Source: an uncultured Gemmatimonadota bacterium
GTDB taxonomy: Bacteria > GCA-2686955
Reading direction: 5' to 3'
DNA length: 64,000 nucleotides
Assembly: GCA_964490075.1 (NCBI GenBank)
Contig: CAZBBK010000006.1
Span: forward strand, 62,001-126,000
The translations under genes and the position numbers were made by a program. Positions 21,858 through 33,084 of this stretch are shown one piece after another; position 1 is the first letter of the stretch; the number at the start of each line of letters is the position of its first letter. The notes below the pieces were generated by a model. That model was given only the letters and a program-made list of their open reading frames with translations, made no database searches and had not been told where the DNA came from.

Positions 21858-23387
21858 ATGATCAGCAAACCCATCAACCTGGCGGGCACCCTGTTGCTGG
21901 GCGCCCCGCTCGCCGCCCCCGCCGATCCTCCGCCGGAGCGAGTCGACGATGTGCGGCCGCCGCAAATCCACTGGTCGGGCGACTGGTTCCGAGACGGCAA
22001 CGAGAACCGCATCGACGACGACCTGGAGGACCTGGTCGATCAAGGCGCCGAGCTGGTCGACTTCATGGTCACCTTCCGGCGCGAAGACTGGAACCAAAGC
22101 CGCGCCGACCTGGTCGCGGAGGTGCACGCCATCACCAGTGACTACGGTGAGGGCGTCGATCGGGACTTCACCCTGCTGCCCACGCTGGTGGTGCTCCAGG
22201 TCGAGGTCTCGTCCCCACTGTGGAACCCCTACGAAGGCTACCTGGACCCACTGATGGCGGAGCTGCTCGACAACGAGGAGCTCGGCGTGGTGATGGTCGA
22301 GGCGTTGCACCAGTTCGTTCCATCGGCAATCAGCGACTTCCTCAGCGCCGACCACGTGGTTCCGCAGCTCTGGGATCCCGCCACCATTTTCGCCGGCACA
22401 CAGGGCTACCAGGGGTTGCTGGCGATCGTCGACTCGGGCGTCGAATCGCTGGGCAACGACATCATCAAGGTCGCCGGCGGCTACGACGCGTTCCACGAAG
22501 TGGAGGGAGATTCGAGCGACGTCACGGCCCTCCCCGGCGGGCTATGGCACGGCACCCGCGTCTCGTACGTCGCCAGCGGGCTGGCGTTCTACCCGGAGAC
22601 CCTCGGTGTCGCCCCCTTCGCCGGCACCATCGACGTGCGGATCGCCGACGCAGGAAGCGACACGACCACCTCCGACATCGTGATCACGGCCTTCGACTGG
22701 CTCTATCTGAATCGCAACAACACCTGGAACATCCCGGGCACCGGGCCGCCCGGCATCGACCTGGTGGGAATCGATGCAGTCAATATTTCCTACGCCGACA
22801 GCGGTCCGGTCGCCCACCGCTTCGTGCCGGGCGGCGGCGGCGCGGGCTGTGCAACGGTCGCACCCTCCAATGGAAGCGACGATGTTTCCAGGGCGGCCGA
22901 CTCTCTGGTCGTGCTAGGCGGCATTCCGGTGGTCGTCGCCGCCGGCAACTGCGGACTGTACATGAACGGCTTCGGAGACCTGGCGGCGGCCGCACAGGCG
23001 ATCACGGTTGGCGCCTACGACATGGGCCTCGATCCGGCGGGCACTCTCGACGACTCGATCTTCCCCTGGTCGAACCACGGCCCCGATCCCTACGGCAAGC
23101 CGAAGCCGGAGCTGACCGCCCCCGGCACCGCCTTCGGCGCCCAGGGCACTTCGTACTCCGCTCCGCAGGTGGCGGGCAGCGCGGCGATCCTGCGATCCCA
23201 GTACCAGACCGCGAGCCCCGCCGCGATCAAGGATGCGCTCTGCGCGGCGGCCGTGGAAAGCCACCATCAACAGGGTTTCGATCCTCACTGGGGCAACGGG
23301 ATGTTGGAGGCGGCGGCAGCGCTCGACTCTCTTGCCTCCAACCCCGGCGCGCCTGCCGATCCCGCCAACCAGGGCGCCGAACGATGA
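21858..23387 (+). CDS. S8 (subtilisin-like) serine peptidase
   Basis: AIVDSGV (Asp), WHGT (His), VVAAGN (oxyanion Asn), KPELTAPG, GTSYSAPQVAG (Ser); start ATG 21828 or 21858; weak signal-like N-terminus. Confidence 0.88.
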   Translation: MISKPINLAGTLLLGAPLAAPADPPPERVDDVRPPQIHWSGDWFRDGNENRIDDDLEDLVDQGAELVDFMVTFRREDWNQSRADLVAEVHAITSDYGEGVDRDFTLLPTLVVLQVEVSSPLWNPYEGYLDPLMAELLDNEELGVVMVEALHQFVPSAISDFLSADHVVPQLWDPATIFAGTQGYQGLLAIVDSGVESLGNDIIKVAGGYDAFHEVEGDSSDVTALPGGLWHGTRVSYVASGLAFYPETLGVAPFAGTIDVRIADAGSDTTTSDIVITAFDWLYLNRNNTWNIPGTGPPGIDLVGIDAVNISYADSGPVAHRFVPGGGGAGCATVAPSNGSDDVSRAADSLVVLGGIPVVVAAGNCGLYMNGFGDLAAAAQAITVGAYDMGLDPAGTLDDSIFPWSNHGPDPYGKPKPELTAPGTAFGAQGTSYSAPQVAGSAAILRSQYQTASPAAIKDALCAAAVESHHQQGFDPHWGNGMLEAAAALDSLASNPGAPADPANQGAER

Positions 23388-24112
23388 GCCCCTGCGTGGC
23401 CGCAAAGCCCGATACTCGCGGCGAAGAGCAGCTCCTGGCGCGGCGCTGCGCGGAGACGCCGCCGCGCCACGACGCCTGGACCGAGCTCTTCGCGCGCTAC
23501 GCTCCAGGAGTGCGCGCATGGATCCGCCAGGGTTATCGCCTGAGCGACAACGAGGCGGTCGAGGATCTGACGCAGCGGGTCTTCATCCTCTGCGCGCGCG
23601 GCGCGCTGGCCCGCTATCGCGGCGATATCGCGCTCAAGAGCTATCTCTACCTGATCGCCGACCGGGTGCGCATCAGCGAAAACCGTAGCCTGAGTCGCAA
23701 GCGGCGTGACGTGCGACGCCGGGTCTCGATCGATGCCGCGCTGGGCGACGAAAGCGACATTGTCTTGGCCACGACCTTGAGCGCCGACGATTCCGTTCCG
23801 CACCGACTCGGGATGTGGCTCTCCGGCTTCGGGGAGCAACCCGACCAGATCCACGCCCGAACCACCGTCGCCGAGCTCGCCCGAAGGCTGGTCGCCCAAC
23901 TCCCCAATCCCACCGATCAGAAGATCGTGGCGCTTTATTTCTGGGAAGGGCTGGTCGATCGCGAGATCAGCGAGCGGCTCGACATGCCGACCAACACCGT
24001 GACCTGGCGGCGCCATCGAGCGATCGCCGAGCTGCGGCGCATCCATCGGCGCGGCCGCGCGCGGGCCCGATTCACCCTGGTCGCTGGCGACCGAAAGGAG
24101 CTGGTGCCATGA
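23384..24112 (+). CDS. ECF-type RNA polymerase sigma factor (second)
   Basis: AWTELFARY, VEDLTQRVF, LKSYLYLIA, GLVDREISERLDMPTNTV...HRA; ATGA overlap with the S8 stop. Confidence 0.85.
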   Translation: MSPCVAAKPDTRGEEQLLARRCAETPPRHDAWTELFARYAPGVRAWIRQGYRLSDNEAVEDLTQRVFILCARGALARYRGDIALKSYLYLIADRVRISENRSLSRKRRDVRRRVSIDAALGDESDIVLATTLSADDSVPHRLGMWLSGFGEQPDQIHARTTVAELARRLVAQLPNPTDQKIVALYFWEGLVDREISERLDMPTNTVTWRRHRAIAELRRIHRRGRARARFTLVAGDRKELVP

Positions 24113-24702
24113 CCGGCCTGCCCTCGATCTGTCCCGCTCCGGAAGCTCTGGCCGCCTACGTGCACCTCGGTCCCGAGGGGGCGCTGGAGGTCGGAGGGCA
24201 CATCGACTCGTGCCCTCGCTGCCGGCGCGAGGTGATGGTGCTCTTCGATCGTCTGGCCGCGGACGAGCCCGACGCCGAGGGGTCGGCGGAGCTCGACGCC
24301 GAGCTCTGGGATCGGCTCCGAGACGAGCACCGGAACCCGGTGAGGGGCCGAGTGTTGCGGCTGCGCCTCGAGCCGATGCCGATGTTCATGACGCCCCAGG
24401 GCGAGCCGCTGCCCAGGGCCGCGGCCGGCGGTGTCCGCGGCGCGGCGGGTGCACAGGCCGCGAACATGACCGAGCTGGACCTGGACCACGACTCCACCCT
24501 GCTGGTGAGCGTGCGCGGTGAATCGTTGCTGCTGCGAGCGAGCCGCGCGCGGCGCCCGGCCCAGGGCGTGATGGCAACCATCTCGCGGGTCTCCGACGGC
24601 GCTCGGATCGCGGTGTTGGAGACCGATCTGCGCGGGCGCGCCAAGCTCCCGATCGCGCTCATCGCCGAGATGGGCGAATGCGAGATTCGCGTGGATCTTT
24701 GA
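24109..24702 (+). CDS. Putative soluble zinc-finger (zf-HC2) anti-sigma factor
   Basis: CPAPEALAAYV...HIDSCPRCRREV (HxxxCxxC); C-terminal beta-rich region ending ETDLRGRA; AGGAG RBS; ATGA overlap with the sigma gene. Confidence 0.7.
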   Translation: MTGLPSICPAPEALAAYVHLGPEGALEVGGHIDSCPRCRREVMVLFDRLAADEPDAEGSAELDAELWDRLRDEHRNPVRGRVLRLRLEPMPMFMTPQGEPLPRAAAGGVRGAAGAQAANMTELDLDHDSTLLVSVRGESLLLRASRARRPAQGVMATISRVSDGARIAVLETDLRGRAKLPIALIAEMGECEIRVDL

Positions 24703-24724
24703 CTGTGGGTATCCTTGGGGCGCC

Positions 24725-25512
24725 ATGGATGCCCCCCACCTCCCCCAGGACGAGGAGCCCGACGCCGCGTGGTCCCCAGCGGATCGGGGTTGGGTTCTGG
24801 TGCTCGATTTCAGGCGCGTCGACGTGGAGAAGATCGATGCGGCGATCGCCCTGCACGCGCGCCAGCCCGGGGCAGTGCGGATGCTCGACGAGCGAGGCAC
24901 CTGCATCTACCGCAACATCTATCGGCCGCCCGACCTCGCCCTGTTCCGCGACCTCTGGCGCCTGGCGAGCGAATGGCCCGGGACGCAGGCCTACCTGAGC
25001 GGGCAGCCGACCGACCGCGATGAAATCGACGCCTTCATCGATCGCTACGTCGATCATGTGCTTTCTGAGGGCCGGGAGGAGCGCTCTTGCGCCGACCACG
25101 GCGACTACCCGGCCCACCTCGGCTGTCGCGATCACCACATCCGCCTGCGTCTCGGCCCCGAGCTTCGTGACTCCCGGCGTCCCTATTGGTTCGACTTCGC
25201 GCGACCGCTCTCACGCGGCGAGTGGCTGCTCGATCGCCACCGAATGCAGGCATTCCTGAGCCCTCTGCGACAGCGCAACGGCTGTCCGGCGCTGTCCTTT
25301 CCGCGCATCGGCGCGGCCATCGACCGCCTCCCGGAGCGGCTCGATGTCACCGGCATCTGGCGCTACGAGCCGAACCCCCTCGGCTACCCCGCGACCCGGC
25401 GCCTGGTGCCCAGAGACAGCGACCGATATCACGCCTACCTGGCCAAGCTCTTTCGCGAATCGGAGGAGTGGCGGCCCAACCCACGCGGCGTCGCGCGCCG
25501 CGAGAACAGCGA

Positions 25513-25516
<4 letters not shown>
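24725..25516 (+). CDS. Hypothetical protein
   Basis: Globular-looking 263-aa ORF filling the gap in the operon; ATGA overlap with the AAA gene; C..(x11)GC...W..F...CP pattern. Confidence 0.75.
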
Positions 25517-27023
<1,507 letters not shown>

Positions 27024-27027
<4 letters not shown>

Positions 27028-28949
27028 AGAGCGGCGAACGCTTCGAGTGGCTCGAGATCCCGGCCGAGCCGAGCGACGAGCCCGAGGACTCCGTAGACCT
27101 GCCGCCGCCGGTCTTGGGACGACGCTGCCCGCGCTGCGCCTGGCTCGATCCCGAAACTCGCAACGAGTGCTTCCGTTGCGGAGAGCCCTTCTCCGGCAGC
27201 GGTCTGCACGCGGCTTTCTTCCGCGAAGAGGGGATCGAGATCCCGGAGATCAGCGTCGCCGTCGATCGCTCCTACAGCTCCGTGCTGGCGGGCGCGATGG
27301 CGCCCGAGATCGAGATCTACCGCCTGCGCCTGGAGGCGGCCCGTCACGATATCACTCCCGGTTTCGACCACCTGATCGCCCTGGACGAGGTGGATATCCT
27401 GCACTTCGAGCACCAGGTGCGGGCCGCCAAGGATGCCTTGCAGCGGATGCGCGGCCAGGCCCTCTTGGCCGACGAGGTGGGACTCGGCAAGACCGTCGAG
27501 GCCGGCCTGGTGATGAAAGAGCTGCTGCTGCGTGGTCTGGCCCGTCGGGTGCTGATCCTGACGCCCGCTTCGGTGGTGGCGCAATGGCAAGAGGAGATGC
27601 GGGAGAAGTTCGGCGAAGAGTTCAGCATAGCCGGCAAGCCGGGGGACTGGGAAGCCGACCGGGTGCTGGCATCGCTCTCCACCGCCCAGTCGGAACGCAA
27701 CGCCCGACGGATCCTCCGCAACCGTTACGACCTGTTGATCGTCGACGAGGCCCACAAGCTCAAGAACCGGGCCACCCGGCGCTTCCGCTTCGTCAATCGG
27801 ATCAAGCGAAAATATGTGTTGCTGCTGACGGCCACGCCGGTGCACAACGATCTGACGGAGCTCTACTCGCTGCTGACGATACTCAAGCCGGGCATTCTGG
27901 GGACCGTTCGGCAGTTCCGCAAGAGCCACGTATCGAAGGAGGATCCGCGGCTGCCCCGGCGCGGAGACGAGCTCAGGCGAGTGCTCTCGGATGTCATGAT
28001 TCGCAACCGTCGCGCCAGCGTGGGGATCAAGCTGCCGCCGCGCCGCGCGGCCATCTTCCACCTGCAGCCCGATCCGGCCGAGCAGGAGGTGTACGATGAC
28101 GTCACCCGCTACATTCGTGACGAGCTCTGGGCCGGTCAGGCAAACCGTTTGCGCCTGCTGACCCTGGTGACGCTGCAGAGAGAAATGACATCGTCGCCCG
28201 GGGCGCTCAAGAAGACGCTGCTGACCATGGCCGCGCGTCCCGACATGGCCGGACCGGGCGCCCGGCGCTTGCGGTCGATGGCGGAGCAGGTCGCAACGGT
28301 TCCGACCGAAACCAGAAAGGTGCGGGCGGTTTACGAGATCCTCGATCGCTTCCCCGGCAAGATGCTGATCTACACCGACTTTCTCGAGACCATGGCGTTG
28401 CTGAAGGGCCTGCTGGAAACGCGTGGAGAGTCGGTCGCGATCTTCCACGGCGGCCTGGCAACGATGGGCCAGCGGTCGGCCGCGCTGCGGCGCTTCCGCG
28501 ACGAGGCGCGGGTGATGATCTCCACGCAATCGGGCGGCGAAGGACTGAACCTACAATTCTGTCACCAGTTGGTGAACTTCGATCTGCCGTGGAACCCGAT
28601 GCGCGTGGAGCAGCGCATCGGCCGGCTACACCGACTCGGCCAGGAGAAGCCGGTGCGCATCATCAATCTCTCCCTGGAAGGTACGATCGAGGCGCGAGTC
28701 CTAGACATACTGGCCCACAAGATCCGCATGTTCGAGCTGGTGATCGGCGAGCTCGACCTGATTCTCGGCGAGGTGCAGGAGCAGCAGTCGTTCGAGCAGT
28801 TGGTGCGGGAGCTCTTTCTGAGCGCCCCCGACGAGCAGGCCCTGGATCACGGATTCGAGGCCCTGGCGGATCGCCTGGACCAAGCCCGGCACCGCATCCA
28901 CCACATCCGCGAAGCCGATCGCATTCTCGATTCGGTGCTGGAGGTATGA
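27024..28949 (+). CDS. SNF2-family helicase/ATPase (YqhH/RapA-like) with N-terminal Zn ribbon
   Basis: CPRC...CFRCG; LLADEVGLGKT, DEAH, LTATPVHN, GGEGLNLQ, WNPMRVEQRIGRLHRLGQ. Confidence 0.92.
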
Positions 28950-28950
28950 G

Positions 28951-30987
28951 GTGAGCGCGGACCGCACCGGCAAAGGTACGCCGGCGGGCGATCTCGCACC
29001 CTTCCGAGGGCTGCGGGATTTCGTCGAGGCATTCTTTCTGCAGCACGGTGGCGAAGTGACGCGGCGCGGGGAGCTCAGCAAGGTCGTCGTCGGCGCGGAC
29101 CTGGAGGAAGTCTTCGGGCGCGCCGAGCTGAAGCTGGTATTCAGTGCCGAAGGCGCGCGCGACGACGCCGAGTCGGTGGCCCCCGGCAGCTTCATTCTGG
29201 AGAGCATCCTCAAGCAGATGAAGGGCCGGGGAGAGCGTCTGCGCCTGCGGCTGCCGGTGCGCCATCCGCTTCGCAAGGGGCTGCTGCGGCGGGCGATTCA
29301 GGCGCTCGACGCCGAAGCGCACGAGCCGGCGATCGAGCGCCGTCGGAAGCGTCAATGGGTCTTCCATATGCGACTGGTCTACCTGTCGGACGAGAGGATC
29401 GACGACCTGATCAACGTGGCTGTCGATGAGGCCGACGTGGCGCGCGAGGTCGATCCATGGGCCTGGCTCGATCCCGGCGCCAAGGTGCTGCTCAGGCGTC
29501 ACGCGTCGACCGGCGAGCTGGAGGCGCGCTTCCAGGTCGCGGCGCGGCTGGCCGCTCGCGTGGCGCGCGACCGCGCGGCGGAGATGGCCGATGCCATTCA
29601 CGATCGCCTGCGCCACACGGTCATCCGTCTAAAAAGCTACTACTCCGACCGCCTGGCGGAGGTACCGCGCGGCGATCCGGCGCGCTGGCGGGACGCCACC
29701 GAGCAGGTGGACGACGAGTACGAGATGAAGCTGGCCGAGGAGGTCGAGAACCATCGCCAGAGAGTGGTCATCCGCCTGGTCAGCTACGCCGAGATCGAGG
29801 TGCCCTGGATCCAGGCGACGATGGAGCTCACCCGCGACGGGGTGCGGGGAGAGCACGGCGTGGCGCTCGATCAGACCACGGGTCTGCTCACTCCGGATCC
29901 TTGCGCCGCTTGCGCGGTGCCGACCTCCGTGGTGTCGCTCTGCTCCGGCGGCCACGTGGTATGCACGAGCTGCGCGCGTGTCTGCACGGTCTGCGGCCGA
30001 GAAACCTGCCTCTTGTGCGGCGCCAAGGCGTGCGCGGTATGTACCCAGGATGCCTGCGCCGATTGCCAGCGCACCTGTGATGACTGTCGCGGCGGCACCT
30101 GCAAGAGCCACGCACTGGAATGCGGTCGCTGCGGGCGCACCAGCTGCACTTCTTGCGGCGCCCGCTGCCGGCGCTGCGACACCGCCCTCTGCGGCCGCTG
30201 CCACACCCACTGCGCCACCTGTGCCGGCGCCGTCTGCCGGAGCTGCGCGCTCGACTGCGCGCGCTGCCGGAAGCCGGTGTGTCAGAGCGAGTCGACCGCT
30301 TGTGCACGCTGCGGCAGAACCCACTGTCGCTCGTGCGTGCTGCGTTGCGACTTCTGCGACTCGGTGGTGTGCCGAGACCACGGATCGCGCTGCGCGACCT
30401 GCAGCCGCCAGGGCTGCGACGAGCACGCTTCCTCCTGCTCGAGCTGTGGATCGCCGCGTTGTATCGAGCACGTGCACGAGTGCGCCGTCTGCGGCCGCGA
30501 TATCTGCGACGGCTGCTCCGGGAAATGCACGACCTGCGCCCGGGCCGTCTGTGCCCGCGACGGAACCCGTTGCTCCATCTGTGACACCGTTCTCTGCCGC
30601 GCCCATTCGCCGGTCTGCGCCACCTGCGGTGCGACCGCCTGCGAGCGCCACTCCCATACCTGCGCTCCCTGCGGCAGCACCCTCTGCCAGGGGCACGCCC
30701 TGCTCTGCGCCTCGTGCGGCGAGCACTACTGCAACCGCTGCATGCCGGGGCCTTCGCTGTGCGCGTTGTGCAGCAGACTGGCGAAGGCCCCCATCGTGCC
30801 GCGAACCACTGCCGAAACCATGATCCCCGCGGGTCTCCCCGCCGACCTGCGCTCGGTGCTGCGCTGGCGCTGCGTCTCGATCCGAGACCGGCGCCTGTTG
30901 CTCTGCGCCGGGGAGCCGCGCGAGCTCCTGGTGCTCGACGGCGCGGGCAACCTGGTCCGGCGGGTGGACGCGGGACGTGGACGGTAG
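28951..30987 (+). CDS. YqhG-like protein with a long C-terminal Cys/His zinc-binding repeat array
   Basis: N-terminal half resembles partners of YqhH-type helicases (LRDFVEAFF, RLKSYY coiled coil); C-terminal half is tandem C-x2-C-x4-C-x2-[CHDE]-x3 units; GAGG RBS, starts 1 bp after the helicase stop. Confidence 0.72.
   Translation: MSADRTGKGTPAGDLAPFRGLRDFVEAFFLQHGGEVTRRGELSKVVVGADLEEVFGRAELKLVFSAEGARDDAESVAPGSFILESILKQMKGRGERLRLRLPVRHPLRKGLLRRAIQALDAEAHEPAIERRRKRQWVFHMRLVYLSDERIDDLINVAVDEADVAREVDPWAWLDPGAKVLLRRHASTGELEARFQVAARLAARVARDRAAEMADAIHDRLRHTVIRLKSYYSDRLAEVPRGDPARWRDATEQVDDEYEMKLAEEVENHRQRVVIRLVSYAEIEVPWIQATMELTRDGVRGEHGVALDQTTGLLTPDPCAACAVPTSVVSLCSGGHVVCTSCARVCTVCGRETCLLCGAKACAVCTQDACADCQRTCDDCRGGTCKSHALECGRCGRTSCTSCGARCRRCDTALCGRCHTHCATCAGAVCRSCALDCARCRKPVCQSESTACARCGRTHCRSCVLRCDFCDSVVCRDHGSRCATCSRQGCDEHASSCSSCGSPRCIEHVHECAVCGRDICDGCSGKCTTCARAVCARDGTRCSICDTVLCRAHSPVCATCGATACERHSHTCAPCGSTLCQGHALLCASCGEHYCNRCMPGPSLCALCSRLAKAPIVPRTTAETMIPAGLPADLRSVLRWRCVSIRDRRLLLCAGEPRELLVLDGAGNLVRRVDAGRGR
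29902..30771 (+). repeat. Intragenic tandem 15-aa (45-bp) Cys/His repeat, about 17 units
   Basis: For example CAVCTQDACADCQRT, CDDCRGGTCKSHALE, CGRCGRTSCTSCGAR ... CAPCGSTLCQGHALL; only the ligand codons are conserved. Confidence 0.9.
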
Positions 30988-30988
30988 G

Positions 30989-31020
30989 CGGCCGAAGGGC
31001 GGGGGATCGGGCTTCGGCCG
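30989..31020 (+). terminator. Possible stem-loop at the end of the operon
   Basis: CGGCCGAAG...CTTCGGCCG 9-bp inverted repeat immediately after stop 30987; no U-tract. Confidence 0.3.
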
Positions 31021-31183
31021 GGCCGATCATACGCCCAATGCCCAATTGCCGCCCACGCGCCGGGCGGATAGACTCCTGCGGATTCGCCTCCAGGCGTGAA
31101 GCCGGGCGGGCATCGCACCCGAGGGTCGCGGAGCACCGCCGCAAGAGGCCGGACATCGTCCACCGCCCAGCCCAGGATCTTCC

Positions 31184-33034
31184 ATGTTCACCGCTCGCCT
31201 CGCCCAACGGCGCTTCCGCATCTTTACATCGATCTCGGCTGCCCTGGCGATTGCCGTGTCGACCGGTCTGCCCCTCGAGGGCACGACCGCTCACGCGGAG
31301 GAGGGTTGGCAGGATGGCGGCAACTTCCCACTGCTCGGCGATCCGCGCGCGAGCCGCGAAGTCAAAGATCGGGCGCTGCCGATGGTCTGGCGGGCCTTTC
31401 CCCCGACGCTGCGTCGGGAGGGGCCGAATTCCAACCTGGTCACGATCTCGACAGTGCACGGTCTCTGCTACGAGTCGATGGTCACGATTCACCCCGAGAC
31501 CGAGGAGTTCATCCCCTCACTGGCCAAGGAATGGAAGATCGAAAACAACGAGGGGGCGGGGACGCAGACCTTCTGGTTTCGCATCAACCCGAAGGCTCGC
31601 TGGTCCGACGATTCGCCAGTAACCGCCAAGGACGTCTACTACTCGTGGTGGCACCGTGTTCAGGAGGACCGAAACGATCCGTCGAACATGATGGTCTTCG
31701 GTGAGAGCTACGAAGAGCCGGTGATCGTCGACGATCTCACGATCAAGGTGACCACCAAGAAGCTCAACTGGAGGCTATTCCTCTATTTCGGCGGCATGCT
31801 GATCTACCCGGAGAAGTACATCCACATTCCCGGGAAAGAGTACCTGGAGCGCTACAACTGGGAGCTGATGCCCGGCTCGGGCCCCTACTCGATGAAGCCG
31901 AAAGATCTGAAGAAGGGGCAATCGCTGACGCTGACCCGACGCGACGATTGGTGGGCCGAGGACGAGCCTCTCTCGAAGAACACCTACAACTTCCAGAAGA
32001 TCAAGTTCATCGTCATTCGCGATCAAGAGCTGGAGTTCGAGAAGTTCAAGGCCGGCGAGCTCGACTACTATCGCGTGACTCGGGCGCAGCGCTGGGTCGA
32101 AGATATTCCGAGAGAGCCGCTGATCGACAAAGGGTGGATTCAGAAGCGCAAGATCTACAATCAGGCGCCACAGGGCTTCTCGGGCTTTTGCATGAACATG
32201 CGCAAGCCACCCTTCGACGACCGCCGCGTCCGGCAAGCCTTCTCGCATCTTTTCAATCGCGAGCGCTTGATGGACAAGCTCTTCTTCAATGAGTACGAAT
32301 TCATCGACTCGTATTTTCCGGGGCGGGACTGGGGCAGCGCCGACACCAACCCGAAGATCCGCTTCGATCCCGATCGGGCGGAAGAGTTGCTCTGGGAGGC
32401 CGGTTACAAGACCCGAAACGACGACGGCTATTTGGTCGGCGCGGACGGCAAGCAGTTCGAGATCACGTTGAACTATGGCGCGCAGTCGTGGGAACGGATT
32501 TGGTTGGTCGTACGAGAAGACTATGAAGACGCGGGAATCAAGTTCAATTTGAAGTTGATCGATCCCTCGACCCTCATCAAGAAGATGGGCGAACGCCAGT
32601 TCAGCGTGGTCTTCCAGAGCTGGGGGGCGTTGCTCTTCCCGAATCCGGAGACCTCGTGGCGCTCTTCGTTGGCCGACCAGCCGCACAACAACAATCTCAC
32701 CGGCTTCAAGAACGAGCGGGTCGATGAGCTCTGCAAGAAATACGATGTTACTTTCGATCGGGCGGAGCAGAAGGAGATCATTCGCGAGGTCGACTCGATC
32801 GTCTTCAACGAGCATCCCTACGCTCTCGCATGGTACGGCGGCTTCTTCAGGCTTCTCTTCTGGGACCGCTTCGGCCACCCCGATCGCTATGTGACGCGGA
32901 CCGGAGATGTTCCCGAAGAGCAGGTCGCGATGCTTTGGTGGTTCGACCCCGCGAAGGAGGCGGCGCTGCAAGAGGCCATGGCGACGGGGCGGCAGATGCC
33001 TCAGAGTGAGATCGAGGTCAGACCTTGGGAATAA
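31184..33034 (+). CDS. Peptide ABC transporter substrate-binding protein (family 5, YejA-like)
   Basis: YESMVTIHP...PSLAKEW, INPKARWSD..PVTAKDV, GSGPY, FNMRKPPFDDRRVRQA-type motifs. Confidence 0.9.
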   Translation: MFTARLAQRRFRIFTSISAALAIAVSTGLPLEGTTAHAEEGWQDGGNFPLLGDPRASREVKDRALPMVWRAFPPTLRREGPNSNLVTISTVHGLCYESMVTIHPETEEFIPSLAKEWKIENNEGAGTQTFWFRINPKARWSDDSPVTAKDVYYSWWHRVQEDRNDPSNMMVFGESYEEPVIVDDLTIKVTTKKLNWRLFLYFGGMLIYPEKYIHIPGKEYLERYNWELMPGSGPYSMKPKDLKKGQSLTLTRRDDWWAEDEPLSKNTYNFQKIKFIVIRDQELEFEKFKAGELDYYRVTRAQRWVEDIPREPLIDKGWIQKRKIYNQAPQGFSGFCMNMRKPPFDDRRVRQAFSHLFNRERLMDKLFFNEYEFIDSYFPGRDWGSADTNPKIRFDPDRAEELLWEAGYKTRNDDGYLVGADGKQFEITLNYGAQSWERIWLVVREDYEDAGIKFNLKLIDPSTLIKKMGERQFSVVFQSWGALLFPNPETSWRSSLADQPHNNNLTGFKNERVDELCKKYDVTFDRAEQKEIIREVDSIVFNEHPYALAWYGGFFRLLFWDRFGHPDRYVTRTGDVPEEQVAMLWWFDPAKEAALQEAMATGRQMPQSEIEVRPWE

Positions 33035-33084
33035 GGGACCGCGCCTCTTCTCATGCGGAACTCCACTAAGTTAGGAGCCACGAC

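Noticed and set aside
15015-22496. Very long antisense or alternate-frame ORFs (15015-17171, 19416-22496; also 55897-58329 and 60522-63851)
   Set aside because: Shadow ORFs expected from high-GC codon bias; they overlap genes with clear motifs and carry no motifs of their own.
17728-24702. Type III-E CRISPR (Craspase) locus
   Set aside because: No Cas7-11, other cas genes or repeat-spacer array in the window; the similarity is only a mechanistic analogy.
24709-24735. Third copy of the ECF promoter motif
   Set aside because: GTATCC is present but the position 16 nt downstream reads GCCCC and lies inside the CDS.
29902-30771. Multiheme cytochrome or CRISPR-like DNA repeat
   Set aside because: Only one CxxCH and no signal peptide; the nucleotide units are not conserved and have no repeat-spacer structure.
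29978-30823. Ala/Pro/Thr-rich alternate-frame ORF over the Cys repeats
   Set aside because: By-product of repeated TGC codons read in another frame.
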